A DNA stretch of 64,000 bases from assembly GCA_964270895.1 (NCBI GenBank), contig OZ185435.1. One strand, given 5' to 3'. The position numbers were made by a program, and so were the translations under genes. This DNA is from Podarcis filfolensis. Its lineage: Eukaryota. Under the pieces are notes generated by a model. That model was given only the letters and a program-made list of their open reading frames with translations. It was not told the origin of the DNA and did not search any database. This document shows, in pieces, positions 1-12,988 of the stretch (positions within the stretch are counted from its first letter, which is position 1; each line of letters begins with the position of its first letter).

Positions 1-1469
1 CTAAAATGTGTGTGTTTTTTGTAACAGTCCACCATTTTTATTTTTATTTTGCAGCTGCCCAAGGTGAACCAGCAAAGTTTCATTCTGCTATTTTGAGGCT
101 GTGTTTTCATGACAGTGCAATAGAACAATGAATGACTTCCAGAACTTACAGCCCTGGGTTTGGCAAGACATCACTTCCCACACTGCCCCTCCTAGCAGGG
201 ATGGAGAACCTGCAGCACAGCAGAGACTGTTTGACTGCAGCTCCCATCCTCTCTAACCACTGGCTATGCTGGCTGGGGCAGACAGAGGAGTTAAGAATTC
301 AACAACATCTGGGAGGGCTGCAAGTTCCCACCCCTGATTCACAGAACACTGCTTTGTCTCATAGATTTGTTTACTTATTTACACTTTAAGAAAAGACTGT
401 AGTCAACCCCCAAAGATATGGTGATTCCTTAAGTTTGCGTAGTCACTGGTTGAGTGTAATCAGAGTCAGTCTGTTAAGCTACTTCTGGCATCACTTCACT
501 GGACATCATTGTTTACAAGAGAAGGACAGAGCTCTGTGTGAAACAAGAGGGTTGTGTCTTTTTAAAATAAAAAAGCAGGTGTATTCATTATTCCAGACTG
601 AGACAGACTCAAGGTTCTCAAATTTACCAGTTCCGCCATGTGTTCAGAATGAAAACCTTTTTGAATGTAGGGCACATTCAAAGAACTTGTTTTCACTGGG
701 AGGTTCCAGGGAGCATTTCTGTTTTCTTTCCCATTTCACAGTGAAGAGATACAGAGCACTGAAAACAATTCTGTGCAACTCAACAGTAACATTACACCAG
801 CTCTTTAGACACCATTTATGCTAGCGTGCCTCTTTACTGTTCTTTTCCTCTTTGTCGGTTTTGGATTATGAGCAACGATTGTGACTTTTGGGATATTTAC
901 AAAGGACTCTTCACATCAGATTTGTACGGTTTAAATGTGGTCTCTAGGCAGAGCTGAGCTCTATTGCTTTGTTGACATCAGTCTTTTTGATACTGTATCA
1001 GCTGAACTACAAATATATGAATATATGGCCCTTAGTTTTCATATTATTACTATGGTTTTTTTCTGAATAAAAAAAGTTTACTTTTTTTACATGCACAAGT
1101 TGCTACAGAATGATCTATATTTGTGCTTCCCAAGCTCTTAACATAATGGAATATTAGACAGGCAGATGGTTGAAATATTGTCTCCAACAACGAAGGCTTC
1201 ATGGAACAAGAGGTATGTGACAGACAGTTGCATATCATAAATATAATACATCAATATTTTACAACGGTTGCCTGGGAACACCTGCCTTATAGGTAGAGAA
1301 CTGATCGTCAGACTGACTGCTCTATTTACTCACTTTTCTTTTTAATCCAGTGTTGATTGTTTCAGAATAGAAAAAAATGGCATTGCTTTGGCACAAGCCA
1401 CAAGAAGTCTGAATTAACAGCTAGAGGGCCTACAAGTGATGTGATGCAAACTTTCACCGCAAGAAGCCA
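1..1469 (-). other. KIAA1549L: 3'UTR of KIAA1549L, probably continuing past the window edge
   Basis: Directly follows the stop codon; AT-rich; no recognisable repeats; no convincing cleavage site seen. Confidence 0.75.
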
Positions 1470-1754
1470 TCAGACCTGAAATTCAAACATGTCTGTTTGT
1501 TTCTTGGCTAGCTTAGCAACTTCTTCTCTTATTGCCTTCACCAGAGCAGCTGTGGAAAGGTTGTTGAGTGGGCTATCCAATGGGTAATTTTCTGTTAGGC
1601 TCTGTTGAGAAGTAGCAGAAGGCGGCAGTGGGACTTGTTCCAGGCCAGAGTGCATATTTGCTGGTTGACTGTACTGACGAGGAAGTCTTGAAGGAGAGTG
1701 GTTGTGTTGGTAGCGTGGCCGTGAATAAGCTTCTATGTAGCCAGGAAGCGGGAC
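1470..1754 (-). CDS. KIAA1549L: Terminal coding exon (285 nt including TGA), VPLPGYIEAY...KKQTDMFEFQV*
   Basis: Acceptor atcttctttag|GTC; 94 codons, then TGA at 1470-1472. Confidence 0.95.
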   Translation of the reverse strand, partial: VPLPGYIEAYSRPRYQHNHSPSRLPRQYSQPANMHSGLEQVPLPPSATSQQSLTENYPLDSPLNNLSTAALVKAIREEVAKLAKKQTDMFEFQV

Positions 1755-4700
1755 CTAAAGAAGATATTAATTAGACAAATAAATTGCCCTAAGGTTTGCT
1801 CTTAAACACAAGACATAATTTGTGCAACAGTTGCATGAGGAAAGAGGCTACTTGTGGGCGCAGTCAGAAAAATAGCTATGTATTTACAAAAGCAATTTCT
1901 GAGTGGAAATTATTGCAAGGATTATTTGCAACAATTTTGTGAGTTGCCCAACCTGCTCCATTTCCAAGAACATATTCATGGTAGCAAACTATTATTTATT
2001 TATAAAACTTTAATGGCACATAATGTAATAAAAACTCTAGGAGAAAGCCTCAAACTATGCACCTGCTTCCTCAGAGGGAGTGTAACCCAATCTAGATCCC
2101 AATCCCAGATCTGGGAACTGCCCATCCATAGAGTCTCCATATTATCTGGATTCAGTCACAATTTATTAACCTCATCCAGCTCACCAGCTTAGGACACACA
2201 CACAGCTATTCCTGATTCACATGCTGTACAGAAATAGTGGTGGTATACTGGTGGCATATATTAAATAGCATTGGGGTCAAAATCAAGCCTTGTGGCACAC
2301 TACAGATCAACTGCTGAGAAAAAAGGTACAGTCTCCCAATACTACTTTCTGGAATCAGTCCTGGAAGTAGGAGCAAAACCACTGCAAACAATTCACAAAG
2401 GCAGTCTAGGATAATACTGCTATCAAGCTGCTGACAGATTCAGGATATTCAACGCTCTTCCATTACCCTCCCGAAATGCAATCAAGTCTGATTCTGTTCC
2501 CCAAACCATACATAAAACCAGGCTGGAATGGGTCGAAATAATCAGTTAATCAGAACATTTACACACAGGTGTATTGGTGGCCAGGGGTAGTTGGCATATA
2601 CTTGTGGGCCCAGGTTTTTTTGGGGGGGTAGGAGTAGCTGCCCAACTTCCTCCTTCGAAACAGTGGAGATCACCCACTCAGACAACAAAACAATTGTCAC
2701 ACCCTGGAGTCCTCCTTTGTCCTGGCAGGGCTGTGGGGAGAAGGGATCTTAATGGGACATATGGTGGAATTGTGCCAAAGTTCATAAATTTTGGAAACAA
2801 ACAATTACAGAAATCAGTATACTTATAGGGGAAAGGGCAATTCTAGACTCTAAACCCTGTATTTTCTCTATTTTTGATAAAGGTAATGAGAAACTTAGGT
2901 GTAAAGAGATACTTCTCTATCTTCTGGTATCCACTCAAACAGGGATGCTATACCCTAGATAACTGGTTCAAGAAAGATATGTTCATTGCTATATCACAGA
3001 TATTGACTTTTAATACTTGAGTGGCTAGGGATGACACTGATTTCACCTCTATTTGGAGGGTAATTTTTTTAAAATATATGACTTCACAATCACATGGGTC
3101 GCAAATCCCTTCAAAATGTGATTTTATTTGGCGGCGCCTATAAACAGGCAAGTGCATTTTCTTCTTTTTCTGTTTCCTTTATATTATTTTGTTGTTAATG
3201 TTTGTTTTCCCTTTGTGTGTATTATCTATTTTTGTTGTTCAATATATTTATTTGAGAATGTTTTAATTTGAATAACGGTCTACTCTTCCATCTAAGGCCA
3301 GATGCCCCTGACTCCAGAGATCAGGTAGCAGACAAAAGTGGCTTTTCTGTGGTATTGGGTTAACTACTACTGAATTTACTCATATGGTGTCTACTTTATC
3401 CACTTTGAGGAACCCATTCAAAACCATTTTATTGTCCTGAGCTTTTAATAGCAGGGGCCTTGTTTCCTCCTGTCTGCTATTTTAATGTTTTATTGCTATT
3501 TATTGTTGCTTTTGCAGTTTTATGATCCAATGGCTTTATTGCCATTTTAAATTTTAATTGTCGTGGATTTCTGTTTTGATATTGAACTTGTAATTCATTC
3601 CTTTAATTTGTTTGTTTTTATCATTCTTCTTGGATGACTTGAACGACAAAGTATAAATATTTTAAAAATATGTTTACTTCTCAATTTTAATAGCTTTATA
3701 GAAATATGAGTGGGAACACACCAAATTGCTCATCGTTCCCCAAACCATAGTGTACTAGTAGTGGGTTGCCCATCAATAAAGATCCTGATGGATTTACAGT
3801 AAAGGCACATTTATCTTCTCTCAATAATTTAAACTGCATGGAGAAGTTTCAAATCCAGTATTGGACTCTGTTGATTCATTGCCTCCAAGGCTGTCAAATA
3901 TTAAATCCTGGAGTGATTTAATACCTCCAATGTGTTTCCATAATATTTAAATAATCTTAGCAATCTTACAATGGTCTAAATTAGAAGGTTCCAGGCCAAG
4001 CTAGCAATCTAATCTACAGTACTGATTACAAGGTGCCAACATAATGTTTTATACAGAATTTGCAAACTGTAACTTGCTTATCAATCTGAATCTGTACCAA
4101 CAATCTTTCATTCTGTGTGCACCCTATGTGGCTCTATCTCTTAATTAGACAAGTACTCTCTGAATCGCTGAATAAACAATTCTCAGGTTTGAAATTGTCA
4201 GTACTATACATTCTATCATATCTTATAAAAGCATATTCCCAGACATTATAACAACACCTTATATCCAGTACCTAGAAAGAAACAGTCCAGATTTGATAAA
4301 TTTACTTCTAAAACACCTGTTAGATGCTGAGTCTTTTTGCCACCCAGTTGCTTACTCGTATTTATGAACTGCAAGGCCCTTATCTTCATCTATGTGAGGC
4401 ATAAAACTAAAATCTATGCAGTACCAAGATGCAAGTGACAATAAAATTCAGTCAAAGCAAAGCACATTTGCTTATAAAACTGTGTTATGGGACACATTTA
4501 ACAAAGAGAGGTTTCAGAACAAAACACTAGAGGTCAGTATTTCGCCAGTTTCAGCCCATACAGTGCTTTACAATGGTACTTCTGAGGTAAGTACCACAAA
4601 AATGCAAACTGTTTTGTCCACCAAATGCTTCTTTGTATCTTCTCATGAGGCTGGTACTATCACTAGACAGAAGCCCTTGAATGTATGTAATGGCTGTTTT

Positions 4701-7700
4701 ACTAAGGGAGATACTTTTAAAAAATCTAGAAAAACTGTCTGCTTTAATACTTGAAAATCCTGCATTTAGGCAGTGGAAGTTCCTGGAATCTTCCCATTTC
4801 CTTCAAGACCCCTCTTAATTTTATTTTCAAAAAATCTATCCTGCCTATCTCATGATGTTCAAGATAACTTGAACACAAATACACAAATAAACTGCAACTT
4901 GTCTCATTTGGTTCCCCATAGTTTCTAAAAAGAAAACATATTATGTGGTAAAAAAACCAACCCTATAATTATCGCATAAAACTTGTCTCAAGCAAATGTC
5001 TATTTTGTCATACACTTGACAGGAATCCAGTATGGGAACTACATGATTTTCTTCATAGGTATGAAGTAAACTGATCCCATATGAAGCAGTAAAAAAAAGT
5101 AGCATGATCTTTAGTTCTCTCCTCACAGTGATAACAACTCCAAAACCTGTTAACCAGGCCCAGCAGTTTCACTTTCACCAGTCACACTCTGAGTTTGTCA
5201 GGGAGTACAGCTCTTCCCTTCAACAGAAAGTACCATTTTCTTCAAAATGAACTAAATCTCACTTAGCAATTGCTTCTTAACACATCAAAATAGAAAAATC
5301 CCAATTTATAGTCAATTTAAACGTATCTTTGCCTATCATTCAGGGTGAGCTGAACAAAAATGGCTTTGGTAACAAAAATCCTGTCAGACCAGAATTTAAA
5401 AAGAGAGTTACCAACTGCATCCCCAGTGACAACAATTTCGGATGGGAGAGATGTAGATGGAAACCGAATACTCTGTGAACATTTTACTCATGCAGAGCAT
5501 GCTGTCTTTTGCGGAGAGCAACATATTGCTAACACAAATCACCCTTAGCGTTCTGGTTTGCACTGTCTTCATACACCCACTGCCAACAGCTTGGGAAATT
5601 ATCTGCAAGTCCCATCTTGGCTCAAAGGTATGGTGGATATCAGGCTGTGGTTAACAGCTCAGAGGAATTCCTGACAAATGAGCTAAATCAAAGCAGACCA
5701 TATAACAAATGAGATGTGGCTCTATGTCATCTCTTTCCTATTGATTTCCTGCCCTGAAGGCCCTGGTGCCTTATTCTTTGTATGGCACTCATAGCTCTTA
5801 AGAGAGTTAGGTTATGGCTCAGGTAGAGAATCTGCTTTGCACACAGAAGGCCTCAAGTTCAATCCCCACAATCTCCAGGTAGGTCTGGGAGATACTCAGA
5901 TAGCCTCTGACGGTCAGTATAGTGAGCTAGAATGGGGCAATGGTCTGGCTCAGTGGAAAGGCAGCCTCCAATGTTCCTAGAAAATAACCTCTGCTTGGCC
6001 ACACAGGACAATTTGCACCAACTGTGTAGAGAGCAAGGTGCTGCTTTTAGTTCAGAAAGAGGTATAAAACAGAATCAAGGACTTCAGTGAAGAGAATTTA
6101 CTACTGTTGCATGCTAAGATCATTCTTTAATCTTTCCCATTCTCTTTAGGCCAGTGCAAAATAGGCAACCAGTAGCTACAACTCTGCAACGAATACTAGC
6201 AGTAGCCCATGAAAAGTACTGTCTATGTGGAAATTTCCCTTTCCAAAGGGACTTCCAAGAAAGTTTACTATCTGCATTCAACATACAAATCATAGAAAGA
6301 AAATGTGAACAATTACCGAGTCTGCCCATTGCCCTGGTAATTCATTTTCTGCCGCATAGGACATCCAAGCTTGGTTCCTGTATGCAGTAGGTGGTGTTGG
6401 GATGAAATAGCCTGTGAACCCGGGTCGGTTTGCTGCTGGGATGGCAAACACTGCAGGAACTGTACTTCCTATCAAGAAACAGGGAAGATGATTAGCAATC
6501 AAAATACATTGCTCTAGACCTAGAGGAACATTGCAAAGGATACCCAAGATGTTCCAACTAGAAGGTGCCATTTTGCATTGGCAATAGAAGCCCCTTGCCA
6601 AAGAAAGAGCATGTATTATTGTATCTGCACATAGTGCCTTGTTGCCACTGTTGTAGGATAAAACATCCCACAACAGAATATACCTGTTTGAAGAGGTCAA
6701 CCCAGCACTGACACTGCTCTTGACACAGTGGAGACACCAACACCATGGTCACCCAACTAGTGATCATACTTGTCTGTAGAAAGAACGAGTATGAAAATTG
6801 AACATAGGCACAGTGCAGATGCACATTCATGGATTTATGCTACTGCAGAGAGAAAATAAAAAAAGCCGAAGAGATGATTTTGCTGGTCAGTAGCCTAGTG
6901 AATCTATGTAAAGTACTGTATGTGCTGTTATAAACATTTAATATGGATTCTAATATTGTTCTATGGTGTAGTTTCTCTTGTACAGTTTATGAGAATAAGT
7001 ACAAGCATAGCAGTATATTTCAGAATGTAATGGATAAGAATGCTCTTAGGCTATTGGGACAAGACAGTCCTATTGAATAGGAAACAGTTACACAGCAGGG
7101 TTTGGAGCTTCCAGAAAGCACTGTAACTATCTGTTATTGCTTTGTGAATGGATTTGTTTGCATAGGGTGCTTTGTACATTCCAATGGGGGGATATGATCT
7201 CTAAGATAGTCCTGTAGGGAACATCATTCTTTTTAGACAATATGTCATATGCACAAATGTTGGATTATGGGGAAAGAGGAAATAAAGAAAAATATAGGTG
7301 TGACTTGTTCCTTCGCTGCTGTGTGGATTGGTCTTCACATGGTTCAGATAATGTTGTACCAACTACCTGCTATTTAAATCAATATCACTTAAACCTTCAT
7401 TTCCTTCATGTCTGAATCATTTTACATGAACATATCTTGTTACATGATTATAAACCCATTATGTTTTTTTCTGATGCTTTGCAGCATTTTTGCATAAACA
7501 GTTTTTTGCTCCCACCAGGGTGATCTTCATCAGTTGGCAAATGGATGGATCTTCACTCTCACTGGAATCTTCTGGGAGCCACTTGTTAAACTGCCGGCAA
7601 CACATCACTGCTTTCAGCTTGAAACATGTTGCTAAGTGTTAGAAAAGGAATCCATCTTTATCTTCTGTTCAATGAAGCATCTCTCTTACGTGCTGCACAC

Positions 7701-10700
7701 ATCAGCTGCCAACATGTGTATTAAGTGCAGCAAGTCTTTGGACTAGTTCTTGTAACCATTTTTTGAACCAAAATCACAAATAACAAAAGGCATTACTTTC
7801 TTTTCTGGGAATCTCCCAGGACTATGTTAATTTTAAAACTCTTTTTGATATGTGGCACACAAAAACACCCAACCATCTCCTAAATAAATACTTGTGTTAT
7901 TCATAACACAATTGGCATGTTGAAAGTATATTCAAGATTTATATTCCAATTACAAAATTATTTGAATAAGCATTGCATATTAATACATTCTAAGGGAAGG
8001 ACAAATCAACAATCAGGAGTAAGAAACTCAGTAATTTTTAATTCTGTGTTATCTGTATTCAATACAGCTTTTATCAACACAGAAAAGAAGCCTCTCTTTC
8101 ATTTTCCTACTGCATCCTGGCACAGTCTCTTCCTGAAACCAATATTGTTCCTATAAAGTTCTCTGTGGAATTTAAAATCGTGTGTTCTGTACCCCCCACC
8201 CAATTAGTTCTATCTCAAAATAGGGATGCTACTCAACAAGTCAATGAATAGTAATTGAAAACCAACAAGGCTGTTCCATTATTGTCATCAGGTGTGAAGA
8301 ATGGTCTTTGCCTCCATTCTACTTAACAGGCCAACCCTCTCCTTGTGGTCGTGTATTAAACTGATAAATGCACCTGAGTAACTTGAAACAAAACACTTCA
8401 CACACATGGGATGTTAAGCAGAAACAATATATTTTAATAAGACGAAGTTCCATTTTTTAAATTTCAGTTTACAGCAGTTTTCCAGCCTCCGTTGTCTACA
8501 ATGGGCTTGTCAAATTGCATAAATGTTGCTTATGAAGTTACATGAGATGAATGGAACCAAGGACACCAACCAAAGCACCCTTTATAGGGGAAGGGGGGCG
8601 GATGTTAGAAGTTAGCCACATGTTTTCGTGTAGTCATGTTCCTCTAGTGACATATGATCCACTCAAGTCACCAGAACCTAATGTGATACCTTGAACTTGA
8701 ATTTAAAAGGTTTCAGGTTATATTTCCTGTGCTGATGAATACACCCCTGAGTGGGAGTGGCATTGGGTGCATTTATCCTTATGGGACTCAACAACAATCT
8801 AAAAACAGCAAATAAAAAAAACAATTAAGAAACAGAGACATCATATTACAAACAGAGTCTCGTGGAATCATAGGTTGGAATGACTGCAGATGCAACACAA
8901 GCAGTTCAAATTGGGAAAATGCTTTGAGTGCTTAAAGCCATTTCCAGTACCAATATTTATACCACGGCTGTATATTTACACCACGCTTTAGAGTCACAGA
9001 GATTACTTGCGATAAACCCAGGATGAGTGTAGTGAGGAGCTTCTATTATGCTGGAGCAATTGTAAGCTTCTCTTGAGGAGCCACAATTACTCATACGCTG
9101 CTTCCAGAGCCAGAAGGATGCAAGTATCAAATAATCTTAAATAAAAAAGAGTGTTCCAATGTATGTGTGTTTTTTGTCCTATGCCACCTTTAATCCATGA
9201 CTATTTTCTTTTTTTTTAAGGGAAGTAGAACCAATACCACATCTTTTCCACACGTTCAGCCATTTTGATCTTGTGCAGAAGAACAGCAGAAATCATTCCT
9301 CCTGCCCTCAAGTTCAAAAATAAAAATAAAAATGAGGCAGCTGCTCCAATGCAAATACAATAAATGACCTTTCAGAATCAGGACCTAACTGTAAAAGAAC
9401 TCACCCATCAATACACATGCTTAGTTATTAAATAAGCTTGTATTCACACATGACTTTACATTTCGAACTGTTTCTGCTACAGAAGGGAAGAGTGGTGGTC
9501 ACGCATGCTACAGAAATCAGACCCATGTGGCCACAGGAGAATCTTCTAATGCCGGCAGTGGTGGTGAGCAATATGGATTTTAATACCAGAGAGCTGCCGC
9601 AGAAGCTTTCATTTAACATAAGCGATTGGCTGAATAGCTTTAGGAGTCCTGTGCTATCATTTGGAATCACCGGTGCTTAAAGCTTACCTATGAAGGAGAG
9701 AAACTGCTAGACGGAAAGCAATCCCAGCCCGAGGCCAATTCTAATGTGTGCCCTCTTTAGCTACATGGTCCACATACCAACCTAAACTGTATTGATGGGA
9801 CCAGAAGCCCAGAGCCAGCAACTTATCTTCCATAGGCTGTCTTTTCTGAGGTAGTCAAAGCACACTGAAGACCTACAAAAGCCTAGACCGTCAACTGTAC
9901 CACTTATATTTGTTTTATCTTAGTTGTATGTAGGGAGGCACAAGGGTAGTTTTTAGGTTTGATTTGGTTTTTGTTGATTTCAAGAAAATTTGAGGGCCTC
10001 TGGTCAAATGAAATTCTCTGATCGCTGTAAATAGCAGCAGTAGATCCATAGAGCCAAGGTTGTGAACCACCCTGAGATCTAAAGATGTAGGGTAGCATAC
10101 AAATTTAATAAATAATGTTTATTTATCATAGCTCATGCTTTGTCTTGATATTTAACAATAAAGAGTGCTTCCTCACTACAATATTCTCTGATTAGTCTTT
10201 CTGATCTTGAGGCAGTAATTCATTGTCTCCCAATTACATAGTCACACTCATGAAAGCCTTGAATCCAAGATTGAAAGGATCAGCAAGTCTAAAATGCATA
10301 TGTTGACATGGAAGAAGAATCCTGTTATCCTCTACACATCACCATTCATATTCCGCAAAACTAAACTCCAGGGATAAAATTTCTGTTTAGAAATATCCAA
10401 TAATAATAAGGATTGAATTACTACATTATCCTCCTATTTCTGATGTTTTTTTCTGTAACGTATGTGACAAACAAGGCTAGCATGTTATTAATGCTCTAAA
10501 TAATAGCGATTTAATAAAATATCCTGGGGTCCCAAAGCCAGCCCATGTGAATGCATGATCAACCTGTTGTCTTGTTTATATAAAGCAAAACTGAGAAAAT
10601 GGGATTTGGCACAGAAATTCAGAAGGTCATTATATTCTATGTCCCAGAAATTAAACAAGCTAAGTGTTGTTGTTTTTTGCAAAGATTCTGTCATGTAGTT

Positions 10701-12948
10701 CCAGTATGTCCATATTACTTGTGGTAACTATTCCTAAGGAGATTCTGTGAAATTAGATACAACGAAAAACTTAATAGAATTATCATTCAGTTCAGGAGTC
10801 CGTTTTTAGGTGAATAAAAAACAAATCACCAAAATTGCTACACCTTAGGTAAATCTGAGGTCTCATCGAGGAAATGCAATCTTTTCCTCGGCAGAACTGG
10901 GAGTTTGGCATTCTCTCTTACTACCCATGACATTAACAGTCACCTTCTGGACAAGGAGAGTATCCATCACATTTGTTCTGCATCAAGCCAACTAGTGATG
11001 GTAAATAAATGTGCCATGGCAGTAGTAATTTACACCTTCCTAAAATGCCGACACCTCAGCATCAGACACCATCTCTTTTGGAGTACCAGCACCCAAATTC
11101 TAAACTGACCAACATTTAATATATTTAAACAAACAAGTATCTACAGTATTCTACATTGCTTCCCCTTTAAACAAAAATCAGACAAAAGCTAGCACAGCGC
11201 TTCCCAAATCTGTGTATGAAAGAGGAATCTTTCCATGTGGAGCCACCCAGGCTTTAGGCAGTGAAGAATATGGCATCTGGAGTAAGTTGGTTGGGGCAGA
11301 AAGGGCAGCCCATTCAGAGGTTGGGACAAAGAGATGCATCCTAGATGAAAACTGAATGCCAGCATCCTCTTTAATAGTAGGTGTGAATCACTGTGCTAGC
11401 TAACCAAATGTTACCATAGTATAATTTTTTTTCTCATTCCTGTAATTAGTAGTTTTGTACAAGTCTACTACCAATCAGTTCCAGAAATATTCAGCTAAAC
11501 TGCGCTTATCAGAAACAGCTCCTGGCAAATAGACTGCCAAGAAGCATGAGCTGTGTTACTGTATTTCAACCACTGGGAGCAGAAGAGCACACAAGCACTA
11601 ACACACCCCTTGGCAACATGCAAAGTGTGCTGAGCGGTCCCCTGGGACTATTTACATGCTTAAAATTAAGTAAAACTCTTAAGCGCTCCACTGGGTCACA
11701 ACCTAAGGCAATATAGTGAAATTTCTACAAGCCCTTTTTCCCCACCCCCAACCGGGTGCAAAAAAATTAAAACCCATAGTTTAGTACCCAATCATAAATA
11801 CAATGCAATTCCCATTTGTTTCGGTGAAAAGTTTGCTTCCATGTAGTGAACTTAGGACTATGGCCTTAACTGCGATTTTTGTTAGGGGCAGTTGTTTAAG
11901 ACAAAGGCATTTTCTGTTGGTACATTATTAAATTTCTATCTTACAAAGAAAATTAAGGGATTTTATATTTTTACAAAGATGTTATTTTACATGTGTAGGA
12001 AAAGTGGATATAATGTTCTTGCAATAGCTTAGCACCTCATGATTTCAGAGTCAGAAAAGTTAGGGAGACTCATCTGTGTCAACGCCAACAGCTCATTCAG
12101 CCCAGTGTCATCCAGATATTTCAGAGTTTTCAATATTAAGAGACTATTCTGTGTCTCATGAAATTTGAGGCACTGGAATACCTCATCAGTGGAATTGAGT
12201 GCCTGATGTATTCAAATAACTATGAAGTTTTGGGGAACTTAATCGTGAAAACAATGTCTTTTGTGTATTTATTTTTTAAAAAAACTGCAACACACTGTTG
12301 ATTCTTACTTCCTTATGTTCACATAAGTTACTGGAAATGCAATTTTATTCTACTGATCATTTACCACTATTCAGTATTTTAAAAATACAAAAGTATACCA
12401 GTAGTGTAGCAGACAATGCTTTGAATTTGGAAGGACAGATGTTACAACAGGATAGAAAACAGGGACTTCAATGTAGGGCATATAGGAGCACAGTTGCTCA
12501 TGTAGCAGCCATGACATGTACACAGCTATTGAATGTTGTATCACAGAATAGAAGATGGAAGTATCCAAAGGGGGGGAGGGTGTAGCTGTAGATAAAATGC
12601 CCCCAAATCAGTAAGTGAGTCAGCATTTTCTCTTACACTTTTTTTCATTTTCAACTTTTGTTTGCCCCAACCACCTTCTATGAGAAGCAAAGTGAAAAAT
12701 CTTGCTTGTAGCCTCTTATTTAGAAGATAACATCCCACAATGAATGGATTCTTTATAGACGCATGGTAACTTACTCCAAAACGTCGTAGGTGGGGCCGGG
12801 GGGAGGGGGAATGCAAGGTGAACATCCATGGTACAACGTCTGTAGGAGAAAAAAATCTCAAATCTACTTTTCTTGTAAACCGCTTAGGAATTTTACTACA
12901 ATCAAGCGGTATGTACATTTAAATAAATAACTAAGGAAAGGAAAGAGG

Positions 12949-12988
<40 letters not shown>

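Noticed and set aside
37-48. Two AATAAA hexamers on the minus strand at the window edge
   Set aside because: No GU/U-rich downstream element follows, and such hexamers are common in AT-rich UTRs, so I cannot call a poly(A) site.
5659-5670. Possible alternative last exon giving ...WADS-EFL*
   Set aside because: Weak acceptor with a competing AG 13 nt upstream; no supporting poly(A) signal identified.
6469-6700. ORF extending 77 codons upstream of exon 14
   Set aside because: The canonical acceptor at 6468 explains the homology, and the extension has non-coding composition.
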